A program made the translations under genes and the position numbers. A DNA stretch of 64,000 bases from Callorhinchus milii. Lineage: Eukaryota. Where the stretch lies: contig NW_024704742.1 of the NCBI RefSeq assembly GCF_018977255.1, positions 434,001-498,000 on the forward strand, read 5' to 3'. Positions 1 through 10,712 of the stretch are shown one piece after another (position 1 is the stretch's first letter; every line of letters starts with the position of its first letter). The notes beneath the pieces are model-generated. The model was given only the letters and a program-made list of their open reading frames with translations. It was not told the DNA's origin and ran no database searches.

Positions 1-18
1 ACTTGCATTTTTATTATA

Positions 19-297
19 AATAATAATAACAATAATCCTTGCATTTGATATAGTGCTTTTCACGTCTTCTCAACGTCTCAAAGCGCTTCACAGAATAGAC
101 TGTAAAGTGAATTGACTGTATATTTGTGGGGAAACGCGACAGCCAATTGGGCACAGCAGTGTCCCCACAAACAGTCGTGGATTGTAAATGACCAATTTAT
201 TATTGTTTTGTTTTGGAGGGATTATTATTAGGTGTGTGGAGTGAGGAAACTTGCCCAAGGTCTCGCCCTGACCTGCCTGGAATTGAACCCAGGCTCT
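19..297 (-). mobile_element. tRNA-derived SINE with L2-like tail (short subfamily, 5' truncated)
   Basis: Near-identical to the copy at 20650-20972; tail ...gcactatatcaaatgcaaggattatt. Confidence 0.85.
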
Positions 298-656
298 ATC
301 AAATCTAAGCATTGTTAATTATTGTGGCTTTGCAATATATTAAATGCATTATTGGTTACTTTATTTATTGCAAGCCGACAGTTTATCTGGGCTGGTTAGA
401 AGGAGTTTGCTGTGATTTGTAACTTGTATTCAGTGCTCTCTTTCTCAGTATATAAATTTATAATAATAATCCCTGCATTTTGATAATAGCTCGATGACTC
501 GAAACCCTTCGCAGAATATACATGAAAGTGAATTGACTGTATATTTTGTGAGCAAAATGTGGCAGCCAATTGCGCACAGTAGTGTCCGACAAACAAATGG
601 AATTGAGTGACCGAATGCTTTTTATTATTATTGAATACATTTTCTCCTGTTGGCAG

Positions 657-810
657 ATTCCATTACCAAAACCTCTACCCCTACATTCACGAAGACTGGG
701 AAGGTGGCAAGCCATCACGGTGCACCCTGGGAGACTCTGGTTGTTTTTGCAATCAACCTGAAACAATTAAATGTGCAAATGAATATGAGTAATGTTATGG
801 GAAACACCAC
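657..810 (+). CDS. BLTP1: BLTP1 coding exon (SITKTSTP...[27 protein letters not shown])
   Basis: tggcag acceptor, gtaagt donor; frame not shown in ORF track. Confidence 0.9.
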
Positions 811-3800
811 GTAAGTTGCAGTTCTTAAGAAAGTCCCGGGTGATGCAGATTGCTGCAGTTGAATGCCATTTTTGTTGGCAATGGTTTCCTTTTTTTCCTG
901 AAAAAGATTATGGCAATGCATTTTGCTTCCTAAAACAACAAAATCTTGGATTTATATAGCGCTCTACATGGGGGGTGGCCACTTGGACGCTTAATTAATG
1001 AAACTGGTTCAATATTTGATAATGTGGAAGGGAACGAAATTTATAAACGTTCGTTGAATCCTGAGAATAGTTTGGGATATTTAACTCTTTACTGATTGAC
1101 AATGCAGTGTTTTCACAATTGGTGAAGAAATTCTAGCTTTCTCCCAATGTCAGCCTGGCTCAGTTTGGTGAAATTAGCCCGACACAAGCGTAGAGTGGAT
1201 GAGCTGAGTATCATTACAAATCTCTTCATTACAGCACTATTTATTCACATTTAAACTGCTGTTCGTTTTGAATTAGATGGACAACGAGTGGGTTGAAAAG
1301 CCAAGGTCGATTGTCAGTGGGGAGCAACAGAGACCGAGAAATCTCAATGTCTGTTGGTTTGGGAAGGTCACAACTAGATTCCAAAGGTGGTGTGGTTGGT
1401 GGCACCATAGATGTGAACACATTGGAGATGGTTGGTAAGTTTGGTTCCTCAAATCACGTATGCCAACAAAATATATAGTCACTACACATTACAGCATATC
1501 CTGTGAAGCGCTCTGATACATCCTCCCCACGTGCAACGGTGAGATCGCTGTACACAATCTTCAACTAATTACTGGGAATAAACCTCTGTGTGTTCTGTTG
1601 CATTAATTTTCCAATTTACCCAATTTTATATTATACACGAAAAGTGTGGGATAAGCACCAAAATAAATCTTTACAAAAGGGTGTGGCATGTGTTGTGTTG
1701 GAGCGGCATTTCTGCAAGTCAGTGTGACGTATCTGCAGGATGTGACATTTAAAAATCCTTTATTATCCTGGCGCTTATTATTGTGCCTTTCCCATCGGGA
1801 GAATTCCACAATGCCCTTCATAGGATGTACTGTAAAGTGTAGTCATTCCATATTGCAGGAGAACACTTTCTTGAATACGTTTTTGGCATTTTCCATGTGA
1901 AAGTTTTTGCTATTAATCGTTCCTCACGTCCAATCATAACTCTTACTCTTTGCAGTACACATCTCGGAACACCCCAATCACCAACCCAGTCACAAAATCC
2001 AGATCACACTGGGCTCCACTGATGCTCGAGTGGATTATATGGGATCCAGTATTCTGATGGGAATTTTCAGCAATGCAGATCTTCAGCTGCAAGATGAGTG
2101 GAAAGTTCATCTTTATAATAGTGTCGACTCAAACTTGACTGAAAAAAGGTATTTAGAAATCCTATTCTCATAATCTTATTTTCATTACTTGCTACAAGAT
2201 TGAATAAATATTTCACTACTTAGATGTTTTTTTCAGTTATTTGTTGTCTGGTAAAAATATTGTATACAGTATAATTGCATTGCCATATTGTATAACGTTT
2301 ATGAATTTTACTGTAAAATATCTATTACAATATGGCCTTAAAGGAGCAGCTCTGCCATTGTCATTTTAAAGAATCGTTGTGTCTTCCTTCCTGCTACCTG
2401 ATCTTTAATTAACTGGCTACTCATCTCGTTGATATGGGATGTTCATTAATCCAGATTAATGTGAATGTGTGCCTGTATAAAAACATTCACTTTCGTTTCC
2501 AAATCTTAATTCAGACCTTTATTTTTACTGAAAGACGCAATTGCAGATGCAAATATGAAAACATTTTTGAAGAATGGTAATAAAACTTTGTTTTTCCTTG
2601 TTAAGTGATTTGTTTTCTCTTTCGCCTTCCAGCGAAATCTTTGTTCACGGAGATCTGCAATGGGACATCTTCCAGGTCATGATCTCTCGATCAACCACCC
2701 CAGATCTGATTAAAATTGGATTGAAACTGCAGGAATTTTTCACACAGCAATTTGATACCAGCAAACGAGTCCTGGCTACCTGGGGACCAGTGCTATACAT
2801 ACCCCCAAAAACACCAGTGATTAATGTGGAGCGGAGTTCCAATGAGCACTGTGAGAGTTTACACGTTACATTTTCCTTGAGAGAAATTTGCCTTGAGATG
2901 ATGGAAACTCTTGATTGATCCTTTACTTGTTTGTCTTTTTCCTTTTTCTCTCGTTCGAAGTACTGGGTGCTGCCCATCATCGCCACTGGCCAGAAGTGTT
3001 AAAGGTGATCGCTGGCTGCCACATCTCCTTGTTTCAGATACCGTTGCCTGAAGACGCAGTACAGCTGGGTGGATCTATGAGCCTGCATGGCAATCACATG
3101 ACTCTTGCCTGTTTTCACGGACCCAATTTCCGCTCAAAATCGTGGGCTTTGTTCCACCTTGAAGAGCCCAACATTGCTTTCTGGACTGAGGCTCAGAAAA
3201 TCTGGGAAGATGGTAAGTTTAATTTTAGAAACGTTTCCGAAAAGTGTTTTCAGTTGGAAAACTTATCAACCGGCAGCAAGTAAAGTGCATTCTTCACGAT
3301 TAACGTTCATGTCCTGTCGAGGCAAAGTCAAATTGGTGAAGACTGCAACATTTTCCATATCTGGGGAGAGAATTTCCAGCAGTCAGTAGAGTTCCTGACC
3401 TTACCAGTTTGCACTTAACAATGGGGGAAATCCCAACATTTCCCCTATTGTGGAGTCCTGCAGCTTTGTGGTTAGAGCACTTGCCACCCAAGCACTTCTG
3501 CTTACCAGCAGTAAGTAGGAAATGTTTGTCAGTCGATTGGCAGATTGCTTTTACGAGGGTAATTATTCCTTTAAAAAAGTTGCTCACTTCAATCCACAAC
3601 TGTTTGTGGGACGCTGCTGTGCACAATTGGCTGCTGCGTTTCGCCCACAAAATATACAATCAATTCACTTTGCAGTGTGTCTGTGAAGCGCTTTGGGACG
3701 TCCTCCCGACGTGAAAAGCGCTATATCAAATGCAAGGATTATTATTATTATATCCTGTGAAGCGCTTTGAGATGTCTCGAAGACATGATAAGGCGCTGTA

Positions 3801-6800
3801 TCAAATTCCCCTTCTTGTGAGTTTTCTTTTTAATTAATCTTACTGTCTATTGTTTCCTCATAATTTAATGCCCTTTAATCCCTCATGTTGTTGGGTGCTT
3901 CTCTGTTGTTTGTTGCATCCTTGATAGTCACTTGTTATAATGAATTCCAGACTTTCAACAAAACAAAAACAAATTACATTTGTATAGTGCCTTTCATGTC
4001 GGGAGGACGTCCAAGGCGCTAGAGTCTTCACTCAAACAAACCTTTTGAGTGAAGCCATTCCTGTGAAGCCATTTCGGATTGCTGATCACTCTTGTCTTCT
4101 AACCCATCTTAAATTTGGTACTTTTTATAGATCTGTAAATATCATTGTTTCATTTTGTTGATTTGATAGATAAGATAACACAAAGGAGTACATATTTCTG
4201 TGCTATTCATTTTTCCGCTGCTTAAAAATATTAAACAAATTGCAATAATACTTAGAAATAGAATAACTGTAATCTATTTTCAACTGTCTCCAGGGGCGAG
4301 TGACCACTCAACATACATTGTACAAACCCTGGACTTTCACTTGGGCCACAACACAATGGTTACAAAACCTGGAGGTGCCTTAGAAAGTCCAATGGCAACA
4401 ATCACCAAAATAACAAGACGTCGTCATGAAAATCCACCACATGGTGTTGCAAGTGTGCAGGAATGGTTCAACTATGTGACTGCCATGAGGAACGAAGGTA
4501 AAAAAAAATGCATGTTGTTGTTGTTATATTTTTAGCAAAACTAAAACATGAATTACCAAATATCAGAAGAGAAATGAAGCTGAGCATCAATAACTACTGT
4601 CACGACCTTTCCCCACAGAACTGAATCTTCTTCGAAACGTTGATTCTCACACTGCAGACAGTAAAACGTCTCTTAAGAGCTCCAACATGATGAGTGGGTT
4701 CCGAGGAACTGCCAGTTACAGCCATGAAACTGAGACAATCTTTGCCTTGCCAAGGATGCAGCTGGACTTTAAATCTATACACATGCAGGAACCTCAAGAA
4801 CCACTGCTGCAAGGTAGAGATCTGATTGAATTTACGAAACTTCAGCCCAGGAGGAGTCCGCTGTGTTTTGCTGTTGATGGTTTTTGCAGTGGCGCTATCT
4901 ACTGCCCTCACACTAAATCTTTATTGTTCGCAACCACAAGTCTGACATCTCGTGACCTCGGCTCCCACTATGCTCACCGTCTTACGCACTTTTATTTTTA
5001 AACGGGTTCGATTGTGAATCAAGTTTCAAAAAGTACAATCCAAAATGTGTTCCACCTCTTTTCCAGAGGGCGGTGTTTTGATATTTTTCCTCCGACCTTT
5101 CAGATCCCAACAGTAAGCCAAAGGTGGAGTGCAGTGTTGTGACCGAATTCACTGATCACATTTGTGTGACCATGGATGCTGAACTGATTATGTTCTTACA
5201 TGACCTTGTATCTGCTTATTTGAAAGAGAAAGAAAAAGGTTAGTCTTTTATTTTTTGTCAAATGTTCATTGCTAATTTTGTGACAGTTCTCACCCTTTCG
5301 GCCTCTGTTAATACTCACAGAAACTTGAGAAGTTCTTTGTTCTCTCAACATTTAATTTTTATTATTGTCTTGTCATAACTCTAGCTACAATCCACTACTG
5401 TTTGAGGGGACGCTGCTGTGCGCAATTGGCTGTTGGGTTTGGCCCACAAAACATACAGTCAATTCACTTTACAGTGTATCCTGTGAAATGCTTTATGAGA
5501 CGACCTCGAAGACCTGATAAAGCGCTGTATCAAAATCCAGGATTATTATTAACAGTGCAACAACAATCCACAATATAATTTTTCATAACACTAACCCCAA
5601 AATACATGTACCCTTGCTCTATCCAGAAGCAACCAACCACAAGGCTCCAAGGAAACTATTCTTATCCTCTCTTCAGCTCCTTCCCATTACCAGTGGACAA
5701 TCAATCTCTCATATCACCCATATGACCCCTACTAATATTTGGTGCCAAAGCAATCCTCTCGGGCGGCCAATGGCTGAGGGCCTCACTGCTTGCTCTCGCC
5801 TCTCACACTTCCTGCTGTCGCCCCTGCTACCTCTGTGCTAGCCATCCTCCCACCGTCAAAGCCCACTCTGCATCCACCGGGTTGTCGCCCCCTCCCCCTA
5901 CCCCAGTCTCCACACACGGGGAAAAGAGGGGCCGTGCGCACGTGAAGCAGAAAACAGACAATGTCTATCACAATTGTTGGTCTTTGATATGGAAATATCC
6001 AATGGGTTTTAATTTGGTGTATAGGTTCTCAGGTTAACTTATAACAGCGCTGGAAGGTTTTCATGTCCAGACACAATGCCTTTGTTGGGCTACAGATATA
6101 TTTACAGATAACACAATCCTTTTGAACATGGAAATAACATCATGGGACTGAATCATGATCTTTGGCTCCAAAACTAAAGCCAGATTTGGGCCAAGGGAAT
6201 TGTGTACTAAACTCTATTGCTTTTCAGTTTAGATATGATTAAAAATAATCAATTTAAAAGTATACTTTTAATTAATTGACTGTTTAACTGTGTTTATGAA
6301 TGTATAAAAAAACAAAAAAATTGCTTCTATTAAAAAATACCAATCCATTTGTAGCTATTTTCCCTCCTCGAGTTCTTGCCATTCGCCCCGGCCAGAAAAG
6401 TCCCATTACAGTTCACGATGACAGTTCCACAGACAAAGACAAGGAAGATGTGATCTACACAACTGTGGACTGGAGAGAGTTTGTTTGCAATACCTGGCAT
6501 CTGGAACCCACCTTAAGGTTAGCATCTAAATTCAGAATTGTCTCGTTCAATTGATCGTATGGAAACTTTGACAAACATTAACATCATTGGGAATTCTTCT
6601 CTCAAAAGATCCACATCCAAAGCTGCTTAAAGATTGTGAAGAGTGTTCAGATTTCAATAAAGGTATAGAGTAAACTGCTGATAACTCGTCAGGCCAAGGG
6701 AGAAGGACTCAGCAACTAGGTATCTGGAGTGGTGGGCTGGGTAAAGCTCCCCTAGGCCACAAGGGGGCACGGTGACTGCTGTGGGTGTTGATGTTCAGAT

Positions 6801-7939
6801 GAATGGCAGAGACCCATGTGGTGGCCTCCTAGTCTAACCTGTTATCTGAAGTAACTACTGAACTCACAAGAAATTCTGGAATGTGGCTAGTTACGTGTTA
6901 AGTGAAGTGACAAGCAAAGCGGAGGGAACCCTTACTCACACTTTGCTCGGGAAGTGGCTGGGATATTTTGACAGTGTGGAACTTAAATGGTAGTGAGAAG
7001 ATAAGCCACGACCTTGATATCAGGAGTTGACTGTATCTAGTTTTTACAAACTAGATCTTTAAGAGTTACCGTTTTTGTTAAGGCTACTTCAGTCCTCAGG
7101 AAATAAAATATCTCTTTTATATCTCCTGCCTGATAATTCTTCATTAATGTTGTGACAGATTCTTGAATGATTCTAAGGGTGTTTTATAGTCTGGAAATTT
7201 AATTTCCTCCCATCAGTTGTCTGGCACAATTGGTCGCATTCTTGCCTTTGAGTCAGAAGGTGGTAGATTCAAGCCCCATGACAGGTCTTTGGACTCAGTG
7301 TAGGCTGACCGTCCATCACTGAGCTGGGGGAGTGTTGCTGTCCTTCAGATGAGACATTAAACCAAAGTCTTGATGTTAAAGGTTCAATGGCACAATTTGA
7401 AAAGAGAAGGGAGTTTTCTCCTGGTGTCCTGGCTAACAATCCCCCACATAAAATGTGTCATTCATACCCGTTTGTAGGAAACTGATATGTGCAAATTGGC
7501 TGTTGCATTCACCTACAAAATACACAGTCACTACACTTTACTTCACATTTTGTGAAGAGCTTTGAAAGGTTGTGGTAGTGGCAACCTTTAATCCAAATGC
7601 ATAAATTATTAGGACTAACTGTAAAGGACACACTGGTTCTTGTGAACCAATTTCTAACAAAAAACTCTTTAACAGTAAAATGACCCGTTATTTGGTAATC
7701 TGTGTTTTTTTTCCAGGTTAATTTCTTGGACAGGAAGGAAGATTGACCCAGTAGGAGTGGACTACATTCTTCAAAAACTGGGCTTTCATCATGCCAGAAT
7801 CACTATTCCCAAGTGGGTCCAGCGTGGGGTCATGGATCCACTTGATAAGGTTCTCTCCGTTCTTATTAAAAAACTCGGCGTAGCACTGCAGGATGAAAAA
7901 GAGAGGAAAGGAAAGGACAAGGAAGAACATCCGAAATAG
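657..7939 (+). CDS. BLTP1: BLTP1/KIAA1109 (bridge-like lipid transfer protein 1), 3' portion: last 10 coding exons; gene starts upstream of window
   Basis: Exons 657-810, 1277-1434, 1956-2148, 2633-2850, 2961-3212, 4294-4497, 4619-4813, 5104-5238, 6355-6517 and 7717-7939 all have AG/GT boundaries and join in frame. The product ...[43 protein letters not shown]...HHRHWP...[20 protein letters not shown]...[35 protein letters not shown]...[10 protein letters not shown] matches the recalled vertebrate KIAA1109 C-terminus. Confidence 0.96.
1277..1434 (+). CDS. BLTP1: BLTP1 coding exon ([15 protein letters not shown]...LEMV)
   Basis: aattag / gtaagt boundaries; overlaps ORF 1293..1478. Confidence 0.93.
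1956..2148 (+). CDS. BLTP1: BLTP1 coding exon ([20 protein letters not shown]...DEWKVHLY...)
   Basis: tttgcag / gtattt boundaries; manual translation. Confidence 0.92.
2633..2850 (+). CDS. BLTP1: BLTP1 coding exon ([25 protein letters not shown]...)
   Basis: ttccag / gtgaga boundaries; within ORF 2574..2918. Confidence 0.92.
2961..3212 (+). CDS. BLTP1: BLTP1 coding exon ([10 protein letters not shown]...AQKIWED)
   Basis: cgaag / gtaagt boundaries; within ORF 2915..3283. Confidence 0.92.
3451..3806 (+). mobile_element. tRNA-derived SINE (long subfamily, internally deleted, duplicated tail)
   Basis: ggagtcctgcagc...gtggttagagcac head; shared body and tail; second partial tail 3752-3806. Confidence 0.75.
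4294..4497 (+). CDS. BLTP1: BLTP1 coding exon ([18 protein letters not shown]...AMRNE)
   Basis: ctccag / gtaaaa boundaries; within ORF 4200..4535. Confidence 0.92.
4619..4813 (+). CDS. BLTP1: BLTP1 coding exon (LNLLRNVD...[19 protein letters not shown]...LLQ)
   Basis: ccacag / gtagag boundaries. Confidence 0.92.
5104..5238 (+). CDS. BLTP1: BLTP1 coding exon ([44 protein letters not shown])
   Basis: tttcag / gttagt boundaries; manual translation. Confidence 0.92.
6355..6517 (+). CDS. BLTP1: BLTP1 coding exon ([16 protein letters not shown]...WHLEPTLR)
   Basis: ttgtag / gttagc boundaries; within ORF 6300..6554. Confidence 0.92.
7215..7570 (+). mobile_element. Deu-domain SINE (SacSINE1/AmnSINE1-like), degraded
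   Basis: tRNA-like head plus ccttcagatgagacattaaacc...atggcac...gtgtcctggc core. Confidence 0.7.
7717..7939 (+). CDS. BLTP1: BLTP1 terminal coding exon ([22 protein letters not shown]...EEHPK*)
   Basis: ttccag acceptor; TAG at 7937-7939. Confidence 0.94.
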
Positions 7940-8446
7940 CAGCTTGACCCAGGTTTTTGGTACCATTGTAAATTTCACTCGTAGGTTTGGAGTCTTCTGT
8001 ATATTATATCCTTTTGAGCAATGCATCGGTCAGCGTTTAATGTTTTTTTTATAGAACTCAAATTCGCAACAAAATCAACTGGAAAACATTTGCTTCTTGT
8101 ACTGTAATTTAAAAACCGAGACTGCTGTTTTGTTATGAATGTACATATGAGTGTAGATGTTTACTATGGTGCATGCTGCCATTCTAAACTGGTCGGTTAA
8201 GAGTCTTGCACAATTATTGATATTTGTGTGTATATAAAGTACGGTGAGAGTGTCAAAATGCTGCCTAGCATTCCCATTTTTATTGTGATTATGTGCAATA
8301 TATTTAGTGTTCTTGTATTACAATTACCAAATTGAATATTAACTGTGAATTTACTTTTTTTTTCATAACACTTTAAATACCTGCTGTTCTTGATATGTTG
8401 TTAATAAGATGTTCCTTGTGATGCTTAAGTGAATTGTACTGATATG

Positions 8447-8452
8447 AATAAA
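8447..8452 (+). terminator. Probable polyadenylation signal of BLTP1
   Basis: AATAAA about 510 nt after the stop, at the end of an AT-rich 3'UTR-like stretch. Confidence 0.6.
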
Positions 8453-8699
8453 GATAAATGTGCTATTAAAGCCAGTATACCACAATTGTCCAGATTTTCT
8501 CAACAAATATGCACAGCTAACCCTCATAAGCACCACCTGTGAATGTGTCAGAATAAATTTGTTGAACTTGAATGAATTGTCCGGTGTAAATGATTTAAAA
8601 CCTTTCGAAGCTGCTCGTTCAGTGCTCCCAAGACACCATCCCCCGTGTGAAGGCGCTATATAAGTGCAGGTGGTTTTGCAGATATTGTATTTAACAGAA

Positions 8700-9225
8700 C
8701 TACAACAACAACAACAACAAGATTCCATTTATAGAGCGCCTTTCACGGCGGGAGGACGTCCCGAGGCGCTGGACAGTTGGGTCGGGACCAGAGCATTGGG
8801 GGGGAAATGGTCAGGGTGAGGGGAGGGAAGGAGGGAGCGAGGAGGGGGGGAATGGTCAGGGTGAGGGGAGGGGAGGGAGGGAGCGAGGAGGGGGAAGAGA
8901 GGAGAGCGGAGCTGAAGGCTGAAGGTCAAAGAGAAAGGCCTTGAGACCGGCCTTGAAGGAGGAAAGGGAGGAGGCGGCGAAGACACTGGGGATGGAGTTC
9001 CAGAGCCTCGGGGCTGAAGGCCACCGATGGTCGGGCGGTTGGGGCGGGGGACGTGGAGCAGACCAGAGCCGGAGGGACGGAGGGTACGGGGGGGTAGGTG
9101 GGGGGATACTGGGGTGGGAGAGGGAGGAGGGAGCGAGGCCGGGAATGGCCGTGTGGGTGAGGATCTTGAATTCGAGCGTAGGAGCAGAATTTCCAGAAAC
9201 CCAGTGATTCGAACATCGATTTGCG
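8700..9225 (-). mobile_element. L2 LINE 3' fragment
   Basis: Minus-strand L2 ORF2 C-terminal remnants (FKIL, LWNSIP, SSFKAGLKAFLF), ending in gaaaggcgctctataaatggaatc(ttg)n. Confidence 0.8.
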
Positions 9226-9354
9226 CTCACGACCCATTCCGGAGAAGCTCCCGGGACTGGTGAATGATTGAAGCAAACCATTGGGGGGGGTCGACAGCAA
9301 CAGGTTGGGAGAAAACACAGAGGGAAACAACTTTCGTTGTGTGAATTTTTCTGT

Positions 9355-9680
9355 GGAGTCCTGTAGCTCAGTGGTTAGAGCACTCGCTTTGCAAGTGAGA
9401 GACCTGAGTTCAATTCCCGGCAGAGGGCGAAACCTCGGGCAAGTTTCCTTACTCCACACAGAGCCTAATAATAATCCCTCCAAAACAAAGCAATAATAAA
9501 TTGGTCATTTTCAATCTACGACTGTTTGTGGGACATTGCTGTGTGCAATTGGCTGCCGCGTTCGCCCACAAATATACAGTCAATTCACTTTACAGTGTGT
9601 TCTGTGAAGCGCTTTGGGACGTCCTCCTGACGTGAAAAGCGCTATATCAAATGCAACGATTATTATTATTATTATTATTA
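9355..9680 (+). mobile_element. Full-length young tRNA-Ala-derived SINE (short subfamily)
   Basis: A box tagctcagtgg, anticodon-like arm ctcgc-tttgcaa-gtgag, B box gagttcaattcc; (att)n tail; near-identical copies at 38511 and 42768. Confidence 0.9.
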
Positions 9681-9699
9681 CGCAAAAACATCCACACCC

Positions 9700-10025
9700 G
9701 TCATTCCGGGCGGATCGTCGTGTGCTCCGGTTCCTCCCGGTCGGGGCCACCGCTGCGCAGAGCGCCGCACAAAAAAGTACACGTTGTCGTCGTCGTGGTT
9801 CCATTTCAGCGCTCACAACGGCTTAAACGATGAGAAGGAAATCCAATCGATTTGTTCCCCAATGGTTGAAGCTGTAACTGTGACGGCACATCCGGGGCTG
9901 TGGGGGTGGGGGGAGTGAGTGCGCAGGCGCGGGGGGTCAGGTGACAGGTGTGAGGGCGGGGCCTGAGGTCAGAGAGAGAGAAAGGCGCGAGAACACCACC
10001 AACTGCCGAGTGACTGAGTCAGTGA
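9700..10025 (+). promoter_or_regulatory. CpG-rich putative ADAD1 promoter and non-coding first exon
   Basis: CpG-dense. CCAAT boxes at ~9843 and ~9859, MYB-like CAACGG (~9816) and TAACTG (~9875), NRF1-like TGCGCAGGCGC (~9920), GC box GAGGCGGGGCC (~9953). Candidate donor gtgagt at ~10022 and acceptor tgcag at 10532-10536 just before the ATG. Confidence 0.6.
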
Positions 10026-10039
10026 GTGAGTGAGTGCCA

Positions 10040-10475
10040 CCAACACCCACATCGGGATACCCCCCAACACCCCCCACACATCCCCCACATACCCCCACAC
10101 CACACCCCAACACCACACCCCTACACCACCCCCCAACACCCCCCACACCCCCCAACACCCCCCACACACCCCCCAACACCCCCAACACCCCCCACACCCC
10201 CCAACACCCCCCAACACACCCCCCAACACCCCAACACCCCCCACACACCCCAACACACCCCAACACCACACCCCAACACCACACCCCAACACCCCCCACA
10301 CCCCAACACCCCCCACACCCCCACACACCCCAACACCACACCCCTACACCACACCCCAACAGCCCCCCCCCCCCCCGGGAATACCCCCCCCCCCAGGGAC
10401 CCCCACCCCCTCCAGGGAACACCCCCCCCACCCCCACCCACACCCACACCAGGGTCCCCCCCCCCCCCCCCCCCG
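10040..10475. repeat. C/A-rich low-complexity tract (CCCCAACAC/CCCCACAC-like units plus poly-C runs)
   Basis: Directly visible; source of the spurious Pro/His/Thr and Gly/Val/Trp ORFs in the track. Confidence 0.9.
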
Positions 10476-10537
10476 CTTGTTCGGGGGCCGGTGCGGGTGT
10501 ACTGAGCGCTGACTGTACCGGTTGCCTTTGGTGCAGG

Positions 10538-10712
10538 ATGTCCGGGGATGGCGCCTGGCGTAGGGGCTCCGGGGAGCCGAGCTTCGCTCAGATTCTGAAG
10601 AAGAACATCCCTCCGAAGCCGCCGGCGCCGACGCTGAGCGTGACCTTCACCCCCCAGGCCGGGGCCGCGGAGGAGTCAGACTCCGGGGTAGCCAGAGTCA
10701 TTCAGCTTTCGG
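10538..10712 (+). CDS. ADAD1: ADAD1 coding exon 1 (MSGDGAW...[10 protein letters not shown]...IQLS)
   Basis: ATG at 10538; gtacgt donor at 10713. Confidence 0.85.

Noticed and set aside
9355..9430. tRNA-Ala-like sequences (also at 38511, 43090, 31635 etc.)
   Set aside because: These are SINE heads continuing into body and tail, without a proper acceptor stem; not tRNA genes.
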